NCBI GenBank assembly: GCA_977017645.1 | Contig: OZ360236.1 | Location: 20,460,001-20,524,000, forward strand | Direction: 5' to 3' | From: Torpedo marmorata | Taxonomy: Eukaryota | Length of the DNA: 64,000 nucleotides | Part shown: in pieces, positions 12,946 to 26,492 of the stretch | Layout of the letters: every line of letters starts with the position of its first letter | How positions within the stretch are numbered: the first letter of the stretch is position 1 | The notes under the pieces: model-generated | Told to the model about the DNA's origin: nothing | Database searches by the model: none | The model's input: only the letters and a program-made list of their open reading frames with translations | Translations under genes and position numbers: made by a program

Positions 12946-14212
12946 TGAATTGCTGAGTATTTCCAGCATTTTCTTTCAGATTATCGACGTCCACAGAATT
13001 TTGCTTTTGTCCAACATTTCCAACACCAATTGAGAGAGAATTGGTCACATGTTTTGACCCACCTAAAATGCAACTTCTACTGGTCCGGCAGAATTAGCCT
13101 TTTTGGAGTTTGTTCCTTTTCAACTTGCCCTACTACTATCAATGATTTGTGCACATTTACCCCCAATTCCATCAGCTCCTGTGTCCATTTTGGAGCAGTT
13201 TGCTCTACTCTATCTGATTTCTCCTCATTTCTCCTATCAAAATGCTTTACCTTCCATTTCTACATTAATCTTCATCTGCCATACACGTTTCCATTCCACC
13301 AGCCATTTATATCCTTGGATCACCATCCTTTGTGCAGTGCACAATATTGCCATTGGTAAATTTAGAAACAGTGGCTTTTACCCTCAAGATTTTCTATATA
13401 TATATATATATATACACATCTGCCCTAACATTGATACAAAAAAAACTGTTGGAGGAAACGATGAGTCAGCCAGAGGCCGACTCGCTGATTTTCTCCAGCA
13501 GTGTTCAATTCTGATCTCTATTTTTTTATTTTTAGGAAGAATGTAAATGCATTAGACCGCATCCAGAAAAGAGTAACAAGAATAGTTCCCAGGAGAAGGG
13601 TCCATATTTACAAAGTTAACTAAAATAGTCTGATTCCTTGGTATGGGAGAGCCGAGGAAACAAAATGATGAGGGTGTAAAAAGAGCACGTGGTGGGATCT
13701 CCTCATGTTGGTGGAGGAGGGCTCAAGGACTATAGGTTGCAGGTATAAAATAAGGGGGAAGGAATTAAGAGCGACAGGCAAAAAAAAAACAAAAAAAAAA
13801 AAAAAACTTGTTTTACACAGCATGTGCTCAAATCTGGAATGCCTTGTCTGCTGATTTGGGAAGGAGGCTCTGTTAGGCCACAGACCCTATACGTTGACGG
13901 CTTCTCATTCCACAGATGCTGCTTGACCCGCGGAGTTTTTCCAGCAACTTGTTTTGTTTCAGATCTTCAGTATCTGCAGTTGTGTTTTTGATTTTTGGTA
14001 TTTGATGCAAATCAGACAGATTAGGTTTGCAAAACTCACAGAAGTCTTGACACTTTTGATCCACATGTCGAAATGTCATCAAACCCGAGAGACCTGTTGT
14101 GGAGCACCACCTTTCAAACCTCTGGGCACCAAAAACTAAAGGACTTTACTCTAATTCGAAGATGAACCATAGTTAAATTGATCTAGTCTTTGCCATTCTG
14201 GAGTGAGATTCA

Positions 14213-14462
14213 GGCGGCACAGTTAGTGTAATGCTATTACAGTGCCAACGACCTGGGTTCGAATGTGGCGCTGTCTGTAAGGAGTTTATAAGTTCTCCAC
14301 GTGTCTACGCGAGTTTCCTCCAGGTGCTCTGGTTTCCTCCCACCCTTCAAAATACACAGGGGTTGTAGGTTAATTGGTGTATTGGTGGGGGTGGGGGGTG
14401 CAGGGCACACAGGCTCTTGGGCTGGAAGTGCCTGTTACCATGCTATACATCTAAATTTTAAA
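14213..14462 (+). mobile_element. V-SINE (HE1-like)
   Basis: GGCGGCACAGTTAG...GGGTTCGAAT...GGTTTCCTCCCAC...CCTGTTACCATGCT..CTAAATTT. Confidence 0.85.
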
Positions 14463-15568
14463 ACTCTTACTGTTGTTTCTGCCATAATCCTGCTTCTTCA
14501 CTGGTCCAATGTAACCCCTCAGAGAAAGTCTATAACTTCATTTAATCCTCAAACGTGGCCAACATTTACATTCAAATCTCACTCTATGCGCTACTGAAAG
14601 CTAAGGACACAACTTTCATTGACATTTTGTGGTTCTTTCATGCATGTAGGATCAAACATCACATCACAGATACCACTGACTGTGAAAAGCAAACAAGTGC
14701 CAGAAATACACATACTGCAAATCAATGGTAGAAAGCTACCTTCATTGGCTGTGGTTAGCCAAAACAGTACAGCAATCAGTGCTCTCCTGAGGGGAGAGAG
14801 AACTACTAAATAAAAAGCTCTCTCCTTCCCTCCAGGGTCTCATGGGATACAAAGGGACCACCTGGAAAGGAGCTTAATCTGTGCTGATCAGGTTCTTGAT
14901 CTGCAAGAAAGAGGCAATCAGTATCCAAGTTCCACGTTTTAAGCAAACATGGCCACTTGGTTTATTATAGGAACATTGCCTCTCTGTACCACACAACAAA
15001 CAGCAGTTTAAACATTAAAGAGCCTATATATTTTAGGCTAGGTCTTTGCACAGGATCCAAAGAGCTTGACCCTCCCAATTTTACACCAGCTTGACCTCAC
15101 TCACCTCCCTGTGAAACAGCAGCAAAGTGCATTCAAAGGTATGCAGTCTGAAGAGGTGATAAATTGCCCATTACTCACATCCATGGTACATTATAAAACA
15201 ATTGTGCAATTATACACGACCCTTGACATTCTTTACCAGGAAACATTTTGTCAGCTACCAGGTGAGATGAGGAAAACCTCAAGCAAAGTTAAAGCAAGTT
15301 AACTGGCCTTGTTTAAACTAACGACAAGTTCCAGTGAGAACTACGGACCCACTGCGCTTTGGCTGCCTCGAGTATCTCTCCACCAATGGCTGAAAGTGCA
15401 CCTGGTTGCCAATTCTACAATCTGCTGTGTCAAATGATGGCGAGGTTACAGTGCTTCACATTCTAGGTACCAAGATTCTGGCTTGGCTGTGAGGTGAAAG
15501 TCTCTGACAAGGAAGTTGAGAACATCCTCCACAGGGAAGCTCAACCTGGGCCAAGATGGCACCAAATA

Positions 15569-15893
15569 CAGTAAAAGTCCAAAAATCCAGATGCCAGACC
15601 ACCCGAGAATCTGGACTTCTCAAAAACTCGTGGCTTTTGCTTGCGTGTGCAAGCGCCACAGATGCACAGCGGCAACAAGCGACCACACGGAAGTTGCGGA
15701 AATGTAAGAAAAAATTATTTGTTTTTTTGTGCTTTGTATTTTATATGAAAAAAAGTTTTGTTAATAAACTATCAAAATGTACCCGTTTATTCTCCTTAAA
15801 TTTGAATTTTAAAAATACTGCCCAAGAATCCAGAAAATTCAAAAATCAGGACCGACCAATCCCCGAGCTTTCCAGATTTTAGGACTTTTACTG
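15569..15893. mobile_element. Tc1/pogo-type MITE
   Basis: TIR CAGTAAAAGTCCAAAAATC / GATTTTAGGACTTTTACTG with TA flanks. Confidence 0.8.
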
Positions 15894-17111
15894 TAGAGCA
15901 ATTAGGATCCTGCTGATGGCTTCAGATAAATACTCAAGGTCCCGGTTTCAAATGGACCTGAAAGTGCACATTCAATGATCAAATGCCCTTGCTTTGTAAG
16001 CATATCTACAAGTAATTTATGTTAAGCTACAAGAATTTTTAAATACATACAAAATTTCTATAAACAAATTTAAAATTCAACCCTGGATGTCTAGGGAAGT
16101 TGCAGACATGCTGTGGACTGTGGCCCCACACTTGAACAATGGTAGCAAGCATGTGAGATCCACCAAGTTAAAATAACACACATTTCATCTTGATCAAACA
16201 ATGAGAAACTAGAGGGACTCAACAGGTGAGTCAGCATCAATGTTTCGGGTTGGGACCCTTTATTGACCAATCTCAATATAGGGTCCTGACAAACAATGCT
16301 GACTGTTCGTTTCTCTCCACGGATGCGGCCCAACCTGTTGCATCCCTCCAGCTTCTCATTGGTAAACACGAAAATCTGTAGACACCGTGGATGAAGTTCT
16401 TCAGCTTCTCATTGTCTGCTCCGATTCCAGCATCTGCAGTTCACTCATTTCAGTTTACTTCTTTTGAAAATGGAGCCATTTTCCGCACTGGAAAAAAGAT
16501 CATCAGTAATAACAAATAAAGCCAGTCAGTTGGACCAGGGGCTAATGGGAGGGGAAGATTCCAGATATTCAGACTTCTCAGGCTTATTGGACACCCACTC
16601 CATCAGAAGCTGTCTACATTAAAAATAAAACCACAGTATTCACTCAATCTGACTGGTCGAAAGCAGTTCAACTCCCATTTGGTCAAAAGCGGTTCAACTG
16701 CTATTTAGTTTAAGGACTACTGAGAGACTGGGCACAGGGTAGATGTTACAGAGGTTCAGTCATTGCAGAAAGTCGTACTGGCTGGGATAATTACAGGCAT
16801 TGCTGGTCAAAGGTTTCAGTTCAGATAATGATTGTGGAATGAGGTTAGATTTCCAACAAAACATTGAACCATGTGTGTTTCCATTCAATTTTAACTTCTG
16901 ATCTTAAAAAGAAGCCTGAAATTCTTCAAAAGATCAGTTATTTTTGAATTGTCACCAAATTCACCATAAATGTAGACATGCTGCAAATGGATCAAAATTT
17001 CCAGTTAATGTAATTGTAAGTTGGACATTGTTGCAAAATGAATCACTAAGTCAGGGATCCATCCTCCTCACTTATTGATGTTTGCAGCTCAACTTATGGA
17101 GCTGCCAGTTT

Positions 17112-17338
17112 CTAAATTTAGACATACAGCATGGTAACAGGCCCTTCCGGCCCACGCCACCCAATTTAGCTGCACCCACGGTATGTTTTTTTGAACAGTG
17201 GGAGGAAACCAGAGCCCCCGGGAAAACCCACACAGACACGGGGAGAATGTACAAACTTCTTAGACAGCGCGGGATACTAACCCAGATCGCTGGCGCTGTA
17301 ACAGCGTTGCTCTAACCGCTACGCCAACCATGCTGCCC
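17112..17338 (-). mobile_element. V-SINE (HE1-like)
   Basis: Same structure as the other copies. Confidence 0.85.
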
Positions 17339-17498
17339 ATGCCGGTTGTGAAGTCTGTTTCTGCCAGCTTTTCCATTTGGCATTTTTGGGTACTGCAGAG
17401 TGTCCAACTCTTGCCCAACCACACACTGGCATGAATGAGAAAGGTGGAACGGGATACAAATGGAGAGGGAGATGAGCAATGGCATCATGGTCAATGTA

Positions 17499-17713
17499 CA
17501 GTAAAATCCCCATTACCCGGAATTCAAGCAACCGGCAGCCTCAAGCAACTTGCAAAAAAATAGCAGAAAATAAATAGGTAAAAAAAAAAGTTTAAAATTG
17601 GCGCCCCTAATAATTAGTTCACCAATCACGCAACACAATCTCAAGCAACTGGAAAATTCACTTATCCGGGATCTACCAATCCCCGTAGGTGCCGGATACC
17701 AGGGGTTTTACTG
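17499..17713. mobile_element. pogo/Tigger-type MITE (~215 bp family)
   Basis: TIR CAGTAAAATCCCC / GGGGTTTTACTG, TA flanks; further copies at 42467-42684, 45917-46136 and 25695-26002. Confidence 0.85.
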
Positions 17714-19448
17714 TATTATGCTTGAGCAGATGTGTGAGGCAAGTTGCAATTGACACACTGCTAACTATGCCAAATGTGAAGCAGCTTGAAAAGGGCAGGG
17801 TGGATATTAGAATGACCAAGTCACCCTCAGGGCAGTTCCCATTCTGAAAGGGCATTTTCTCTTCAAACCACTTGCACAGATCTCATATAAACATGCCCGT
17901 GGCAAGAACAGTTGCCTGATCATTAAGTTGTCACTGAGAATAAACAAACAGACAAAAGCTTGTGTCAGCTTGTCTTTCAGCTGATTCTCTGGTCTTGTAT
18001 TCATAATCCTTCGGCCTTTTCCACCCAGAATGGTCCCATGGCAGTTCATTCATTTGAACTCGTTTTCCTCTTCAGCAAGCACAATGAAAGGCACGAGACA
18101 AAAGCAGTTGCAAAGAAACTCCTTGACACTGCAGAAAGCCCAGTGATAGGCTTCGAAAATGATTCAGATATTGGCTAGCCAGGTTCTCAGCTTGGGAAAA
18201 GCCGATAGCTTTATCATTTTGCTGGCGCACTCCTGCGCAAAATTAGAAAATGGTCACATCGGTACGACACAAATCCCAGCAAAAATCAGAGTTTGGCACA
18301 GCCCAAGAGCACAGGTGCTGGTGGTTCTGAGTTTCTAAGAAGTTTAGCATACAGTTGCGTGAGCCAAGTATTTGCCTAAACTTCAAACTGTGAACAATGC
18401 TCCAGATCAAGAATTGTCCATCGCAGGAGGATCGGCACTATGGCAGCCATGTTCAACCTGTCAAATGCACCAAACTGAAAGGTAACAAACAAAAGAGAAA
18501 CAGCACCATACTGCAGCACCCTGCATCTCAGGAGCATCATTACCACGACGCCTGGCTGTAACCTGGACATCTTGTCCTGAGCGACTGTGTGTAACGCACA
18601 AGCATCTCTCCAAAGGAAGGGAGGTTTCATTCTGAGAGTAGTCAGCCTCACAGGTCAAAGTTCATCAGGAGCGTTAAATCTTAAAAAGCTAACTGCTGAA
18701 AGGAGATAACGAGGATACAACACACAGCTTCAGTGTACCCGGATTGGACAGCACTGGATTGGCTTTTCATGAATGGAACAGAGACCCTGCACTCTCCAAG
18801 GAGGGCCTTCAAATAAAGCTTGCACAGATCAAAGGAGAAGCACCATGTCGTTAAAGTACTTCCTTTAGTGCTATTCTTTCAATGGGCTTTGAATACAAGC
18901 ATCTCTGCCGAACAATACACAGAGGTATTTAAAGAGTGGTTTAAATGCTTTGAGTTAGTAAACCAAGCCACATCAGAGTGCTACTGATCCAGTCTTGCAA
19001 CAGATGCTGAACATATAGATCAGCCTAATGGATCAACTTGTTTGTGAAGAGAGAGAATCTCTTGTTTTGGACCAATTGTTTTTCTCTATACCCTGCACTA
19101 TTTGACTTATAACACTATTCTCGACACTGTAGCCTTATTTATTTGTGATTGTTGCTCTACGAGTGGACTTGCCTGGCTAGCACGCAAAAACGGTGTCTCG
19201 GTACACATGCCAACGAAACAATTATTTCTGATTAAAGGCAAAAACTCAAAGTGCACTCTTCACAGCTACTGAAATACAAGGTGTTATTTCCATAAGTGAA
19301 AAGTTTTTTTTTTTTCTGGAAACCAAACAAAAACAGAGAATGCTGGAAATACTCAGCAGCACAAGCCACATCAGTGGGAAGAGAAAAGAATGTTTCACGT
19401 CGGAGAATCTATTCTACTTCCTACAGACGTGGCCTGACTTGCTGAGTA

Positions 19449-19854
19449 CTGTATATACTCGTGTAATAGTCGACCACCCCTTTTACGGCCAAAAAATACG
19501 CGTGTTTTCCATATGACCCTGATTATCTGTGTAAAAGTCAACCCCCCTATTTTTGGCCCCGACCGCCTGCACATCCGAGCTCCTGACACCCTGACCGTGG
19601 ATCCACCCACCAGAGCTCCTGACGCCCTAGCCACTGACTCTCTCCAAGGCCTTGGCCACCCACCCATCTGAGCTCCTGACGCCCTGAACGCAGACTTACC
19701 ACGCCGTCCCGGCCATCCGAGCTCCCGGCGCCTTGGAACGACACAGGTACTTACTGCGGTCAAAAGTATGACCCGTGTAAAAGTCGACCCCTCACACCAA
19801 ATTTGACCCGAAAAATTGGTCCAAAAAACTCAACTATTACACAAGTATATACGG
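19449..19854. mobile_element. Passer-related MITE
   Basis: Ends CTGTATATACTCGTGTAATAGTCGAC / ACTATTACACAAGTATATACGG resemble the TIR of 930-2692; internal GAGCTCCTGACGCCC repeats. Confidence 0.75.
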
Positions 19855-21814
19855 CATTTTCAGCATTTCCTATTTTAATATTATTTCTATCTCCATGGTT
19901 TTTAATTTTAAGATTTCCAATAAATACTTTTTTACCTTTTTATCTTCCAACAGAAATAGATTGAAATACAATCCTCCACATCTTGCAATCATCAAGCCCT
20001 CATTCCCTGTGGACGAGCTGCTGCACATTTAGACACATTTGCATCGGACCTTGTACATAGAAAAACCCTTTGCTGTGGGGTCACCAGACTAAGGTGGAAA
20101 CATAAAGGACGGGTAACCAAAAATTTATCAAAGTATTTAAAGAGGTGAAGGTTGGAGGAAGTAGAGCGACACAGGAAGTGAACTCCACAGCCAAGATCTC
20201 CATGATTCTGCTCACAAGGCTCATGGTTCAATTTTAATGTTATAAATCCCTGTGAAAATACACCGCGAATAAAATCATTCAATGAAATCAAAACATCTCT
20301 GCAAATGAAGAACAAAGAAACGTCAGATGATTTGACACGTCAACATTCGCTTCCTTCACCATTCTCTTTTATCAGACCAGTGAAGGTCAGTTAAACTCAA
20401 CTTGAAAGGATTTCCGACATTGGAATTCCTGATTATCTGTTGAAAACCAAAAATTTCCAAGCCCAAGGCAAGCTAACCACATCATGAGGATCTTCATGAA
20501 GGAAACGTAAACATTGAAATGGATAAACTTTGAAGATTGGAAAATAAACTTCACAAAATGAATAACTGTCTTGTCACTCTAGTTACTCATATGCTAGCAT
20601 ACATCAGCTCAAGCTCCTTACTATACAAGTTAAATTCATCACCTTTGATTTTGCACAGTATAATCAAAAACAAATTGAGGAAATGGAAAAAAAGGAAAAA
20701 AAAAAACACGTATCTATCTAGATGACCTCAGATATCACAAGGTGCCCTCACGGACAATTTAGGATCCAGGATTCAAACCCATCACTCAACATCTGGTCAA
20801 CTCTGGCACTGGATAATCACAAGCAAACAAAAGAAAACCACTGTAGGGTAAACCTCAAACACAGTGAACCGATGTATTTTTTATCTATTATTTTTGTTGA
20901 AACCAAATCATGTTCATTTGTTTATGGAAAATCCAAAGGAAATATTCAAGATGGGCAGGGAGTAGTCCCAGAGTTTAAGCCCAGGATTCACCTCTCAGTC
21001 ACAAAAAAAAACTTGATTTTTTTTTCACAACGTCTTGGGAAATTTGGTGGTGAATAACTGCTTAAGAAATTGATAAACTTTAACCATAATTATTTGGCAA
21101 AGAAATGCTATTGAGAAAATAAAGAGTTCCATTAACACAATTTGATGCATCCATCCTTTGTCTTGTCTCACTCAGAAGTGCAGATTGGGAGCTCGGAACT
21201 TCCCATGCAGAACATGAGTGAGAGTCCAGGAATAGGAAAACAAATATTGACTGCTGTTATGGGCAACAAGTTAAACAACCAGCTCTGGGGTCACAAAAGT
21301 GACCTCAAAATGTCCAAACTTGCCTCAGAGCCATTTGAACACACTTGAGGTCACCATTGTGAACCTTGGGTCAAGAGCTGGGCATCACAGCCCCAAACTG
21401 GAGTCAATATTTATATGTCACATATATATTCAATGTTTAAAGGGTTAATGATATCCTGAAGCATGCTTCAACAAGAGTGGACAATTAGTTAAACGATAAT
21501 TTTACAAGCACCTGATTGCAATGTGGTATTTGTTTGGAATAACTGTGCAATCATATAATCAATTAGGAACCTCGAAACATTTAATTTTGGTATCCTGGGG
21601 ACTTCAATCTGTTTCTTCCCCCTTCTCCAATAGGACTTGCACATTTTAATTTTCTTTCGCAAGGTTCATGGATCACTTGACAATATATTCCTTTCCCTTT
21701 TTTGCAGAAACAGGCCTTTCGGCCCACATGTCTGTACCAAATATGATGTCCCAATCAAACTAAAACTCTGCTGCTCGCACTTGATAAATATCAAAGGCAT
21801 GGAGGGATATCTAT

Positions 21815-22062
21815 GTGTGAAATACGAAAGTCTGCAGACGCTGTGACTGTTGTAATAACACACAGAAATGCTGGAGGAACTCAGCCGGTCTTGCAGCGTT
21901 CAAAGGAGGTAAAGATATATTACCGACGGTTCAGGCCTCAGCCCTTCTTCAAGACGACGAATACTTTGAAGGAGGGCTCAGGCCCGAAACGTCAGTAATA
22001 TATCTTTACCTCCTACGGACGCTGCGACACCAGCTGAGTTCCTCCAGCATTTCTGTGCGCTT
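21815..22062. repeat. Long palindrome formed by two inverted Penelope-type ends
   Basis: Arms of about 95 bp (AGAAATGCTGGAGGAACTCAGC...CCCTTCTTCAAG and its reverse complement) around a ~10-bp spacer. Confidence 0.8.
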
Positions 22063-22566
22063 TTGATATTCATGCGTCAATCTAGAAGCGTCTTAAATGC
22101 TACCATTGTATCTGCTTCCCCCACTTCTCCTGGCAGTCTGTTCCAGGCACCTACCACTCTCCCACACATCTCCCTCAAAATTCATCCCTTCATGTGGTAG
22201 AATTGTCAGAATTGAAAATTGAACTAATTATTTTTGCAGGTTTTCTAAGGAGATGCTGTTTCAAACAACTCCCCAGAACAGAATTTTCCTGATGGGTGGT
22301 AGAATCTTTAGAAAAGAAGCAAGGCACATTTATCCACTCAGCAGGCAAATCCAACAGGAGCTTTCCAACATTCAGTGGTTCTGCTGTCTAGTACAGCAGA
22401 GCTGCTTGTAGCCTGCCACAATCACTAACCAAGTCAGACAGACAAAATGAACTGGCTGGTCCTTCTCCACGGCATGGGCAGTGAAAATCTGTTAGACAGG
22501 CTGCAGTCCCTCAGGATCAGAGCATACAGATAACAATGTCCATACACCTTGACAATGCAACAAGGA

Positions 22567-23349
22567 TTCAAGATTCAATTTATAGTCATAGTAATAAAAC
22601 AGTGTTATAATCCATGAAATTTCTTTTTGCCTGCTGCAAGGCAGACAGATTCGCCACCGGCAGAAATTGCCTAAGCGCCTCTTACATTCCTTACAGTCAG
22701 AGAAAGAAGCAAAAGAGAGTCCCCCCAGAGTCACCGAGTGTCCGTAGATTCGCCTCCAGCGCTTCCGCAGCCACACAGAGTCCAGTCCAAACCATCGGCA
22801 ACCCGAGCTCCAGATCCGAACCTCCAACACGGTCAGGGCGCCCTCGGCACCCCGGTTCCAATACCTGGTACTCCTCCAGCCAGTTCGAGCCAGTCTCCAG
22901 CAGTCCACAGCCTGGCGTGAGTCCCCTGACAGCAGTCTCCAGCAGTCTACAGCCTCCGCGGGTTCCTCGCCTCGAGTCGCCAGCAGCCCGCCGCATGCAC
23001 TGGTCCTTCAGCCTCAGAGCCCCTCACTGGTCCACCGCCGCTGTGGTCACCGTCCTGTGGGCCGTCTCCTCCGCTTCTCCTTCTCAGACAGGGGGGGTGA
23101 TCTTCCCGTCCTCTGGTGCCCTGCTCCAGTCCTCCACTTCCCCGGAGTCTGCAGTCCCTCGTGGCTGCTGCTGGTTAAAAGGCGCTGCCATCTTGGGCGC
23201 AGACCCCGCGGTCGCAGGATCTTAAATAAAACCACCGTCGGCTCCCCCAAATCCCGTGTGGAAGCGACGGCAATCGACTGGGCGGCTGGACCCCGCGGGA
23301 GCGCTGTATGTCCGCTCCCCACGGGTCCACACCAGCGGCAGCATCTTCA
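22567..23349 (-). mobile_element. Non-coding GC-rich repeat with Rex1-type tail, longest copy (~780 bp)
   Basis: Begins GAAGATGCTGCCGC, ends CTATAAATTGAATCTTGAATC; no recognisable protein domain; several homologous copies in the window. Confidence 0.8.
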
Positions 23350-23599
23350 GGAAAGGGAGCAGAAATCAGAAAAAGACAAGAAAATATGGAACGGATTTTG
23401 AAAGGGAATAATAACCATTGGTCTCCCCCCCCCCCCCCAACAATTCAACTGAGCCTATTCTACTCATTGCATTCTTTCTATACCCCTTCTTCCCTCCAAA
23501 GGCACCATTTGCCCTTTGAATCCAGAGTACTGCTGAGTGAATAAGGTTTGCACAGTATAATTCTCCTATTGTTATTTCATTCACCGGTGCCCTCAATGC

Positions 23600-24300
23600 T
23601 TCACATTTGTCTGGTCGATTGAGAAAAGAGGTGCAACGAGATCAAGACCCCAGACTCATGGTCTACTGGCTGGACAGTAGCGATCCTTGTCCTCGTGCAT
23701 GCTTCGGAGACATTGACATCCTGCAGCAAGTGCCCAAGGCCCTGAAAAGTCACCACCAACATTGGCTGTGCAAAATCCTCCAAGTTCACTGGAAGGACAA
23801 GTAGTCCAACTCCAGAGTCCTCTCACCGACTAATACTTCCAGAATGGAGGCCTTGTTACATTCATTTGGCTCTGATGGACAGACCACATTACCACATGCT
23901 TGAGAACAGAAATAAACACTTTATTGCAAGCTCAGTCATAGGAACAGATTGCCAGGTGGACGGAGGATAAGATTCGAGCATCGGCTCAAAGGCTCTTTGT
24001 TTGGGGGGGGGGGGGGGGAATGCAACATTCCCACTGATTTCCAGAATCCCTGGCTGAAAATGGGAAAGTAGTATTTAGGAGGGTACAGGCAGAAGCCCTC
24101 TGTATGCAATAGAAAGAGTGTACCACCTCACAAACTGCACACCAACCAGCCAACCCATCAGGCGCCTACTATCCCAACTGCGAAGGTGTCCGCACTCCCC
24201 ACATTGGCCTCACCAGCCACCTCTGAGAACACAAACCAGACTGGAAGTCTTGCTCCATCCAGGTGGACTAAGACTATGTTACACATTCTGCTGCCACCCT
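23600..24300 (+). mobile_element. RTE-clade LINE 3' remnant (old)
   Basis: Degenerate LMVY...KALKSHHQHWLCKILQVHWKDK, typical of the RTE ORF C-terminus. Confidence 0.55.
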
Positions 24301-24865
24301 GATTATCGTAGGACTTGAGCACACATACATACACACTGTCCATCACGTGTTGAAGTCAGGGATTAGCACTTAGAGGTGAATAGTTAACGTTGAACAAGAG
24401 CTTGCAGTAATATCAGGCAATTCAACTGAATGCAAAAGATTTACCACTTCAGATTCTGGTCAGTAATGTGCATTCTACAATTAAAGTCACTGTTTCTTAT
24501 TACAGTGAATCCACCCTTGACAGAATTTTGGATTCACTTTTCATTCATTCAATAGGAGACATTATTGGCTAATAGAGATCAATTGAGAAGCATCTTAAAA
24601 CAGGAAACTTTAAGGGGAGGTCATTGGATTTTGGAACAAGTTAACGATACCCAGGGGACAATGCTGAATAGAATCAAGTTTATGTTCAATGAGAATCACC
24701 AGCAAAGGCTTCAAAGTTGTTGTTGCTTTTTCTGAACACATCAAAAATAAAGACCAAGTAAAATGCTGCAAATTCTGGAAATCCAGTCAAAAAACAAGGA
24801 CAAAACATTTACCTTTAATCTGAAAAACAACACTTCAAATTAACAAAGAGCAGAAAATATTTATA

Positions 24866-25692
24866 CAGTAAGTCCCCAGGTTAAGAACGTCTGACTTACG
24901 TACAACTCGTACTTACGAAAGGACTACGCACGGCTTCAGCGGTTCGTCGGCTCGCGGAAGGAGAACGCCGTCCGCCATTTTAAGTCGGATCATGTTGCCG
25001 TTAACACTGTGTTGAGTATGTAACTTTGTATTTGGCTTAAATTTTTCTTGGGATGAAGTGAAGCAGTCAAATATGAAAGGAGTGTGGAACAAATTGTGCC
25101 CCCAATTCGCGCATGCTTTTCAGGGGTTTACAGCTGACGATATCGCCGAAGCCAGGCAAGCTGTGGTTGATATTGGTAATCAACTGCAGTGAGACATCAG
25201 TGAAAATTATGTCGTAGAGTTACTCGACTCCCATGCCGAAGAACTGACCAATGAAGAACTTATGGAACTAGAGCAGCAGATGATAGCATTTGAAGACTGG
25301 GACCTAAACACTCCAGAACCAAAAAAGTTTTTGACGAAAGAGTTAGCTGAAGCCTTCGTCTCATTGAAGCAGGGATGGCAAAATAAGAGGAGCAAAATCC
25401 TAATACAGAGAGGTTCACCAAAGTTTACCGTACAGTTACCGAGGGCCTCAGCTGCTACAAGGCCATTTATGAGAAAAAGAAAAGCTCTGTACAAACCTCC
25501 CTTGATGCCTACTTCAGGAAATTGACTCCAGTAGTTTTATTTGCATAGAAAGGAAAAATATATACTATATACTAAGACAAACATTTGACTGACGCTAAAT
25601 AAGAACCGTATGTACCTGTTCCAACTTACCTACAAATTCGACTTAAAGACAGACTTAGGAACAGATCTCGTTTGTAACCCGGGGACTGCCTG
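24866..25692 (+). mobile_element. Tigger1/TIGD1-like deleted DNA transposon
   Basis: TIR CAGTAAGTCCCCAGGTTAAGAAC / GTTTGTAACCCGGGGACTGCCTG with TA flanks; remnant VVELLDSHAEELTNEELMELEQQ. Confidence 0.8.
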
Positions 25693-25694
25693 TA

Positions 25695-26002
25695 CAGTTA
25701 TCCAGAATTCAAGCAAGGTGAGAGTCTGCAGTTGTGGTGTTGGGAGCTCGGATGGGTGGGTGGCGAGGGTCCGCAGTCGGGGCGTCGGGAGCTCTGGTGG
25801 GCGCGCGGCTGGGGCCAAAAATAGGGGGGGTGTGGGGGGTCAACTTTTACATGGTATCGACTATTAAAAATATGGAAGTTTAAATTGGCATGCCTCACCG
25901 CTAGTTCACCAATCACGCAACACACAATCTCATGCAACTGGAAAATACACTTATCCGCCATCTACCAATCCCCATAGGTGCCGGATACCAGGGATTTTAC
26001 TC
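25695..26002. mobile_element. Chimeric pogo-type MITE
   Basis: Ends match the 17499 family; the middle (~25720-25865) matches the reverse of the Passer MITE at 19449. Confidence 0.65.
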
Positions 26003-26004
26003 TA

Positions 26005-26492
26005 CAGTATGTTTCCTCTTAACTGAAGTTCCGTTAATCGAAATGATCCATTAACCGAACTATTTTGCGGCGCCGACATGACATCACAAGTTAAAAAAAA
26101 TTTATCACCCGACTTGCCCATGTGGGGCTCTGACGCTCTGTTGGCGCCATTTTGATAACAATGGAGCTCTCGTGTTAATCTCATAGTTGCAAATGGCAAA
26201 AAGGTCTGCAGATAGCACTATGTATGTCAGTGAAAAGAAGAGGAAGTGTTTAGGTTTGTCTATAGAACAGAAAGTCAAGCTGTTGGCGAAACTGGACTAA
26301 GCAGAGATCAAGTTGTTTTTTGATACGTATTAAACATTTCATGCTCGTTGTTTTTTGTTGTTACTTAACCGCTGATACAAGTATTCTGCTGATGCTACTG
26401 AGCTGCTTAAAGCCATTGTTCCATTAACCGAAAAAAACCAATAACCGAAAACCGTCCGGTCCCAAGCTTTTCGGATATGGGGAAATGTACTG
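26005..26492 (+). mobile_element. Non-autonomous deletion derivative of the Tigger4-like element
   Basis: Carries the 5' region and first codons (ATGGCAAAAAGGTCTGCAGATAGC...) and the 3' region of 31227-33275; TA flanks. Confidence 0.85.
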
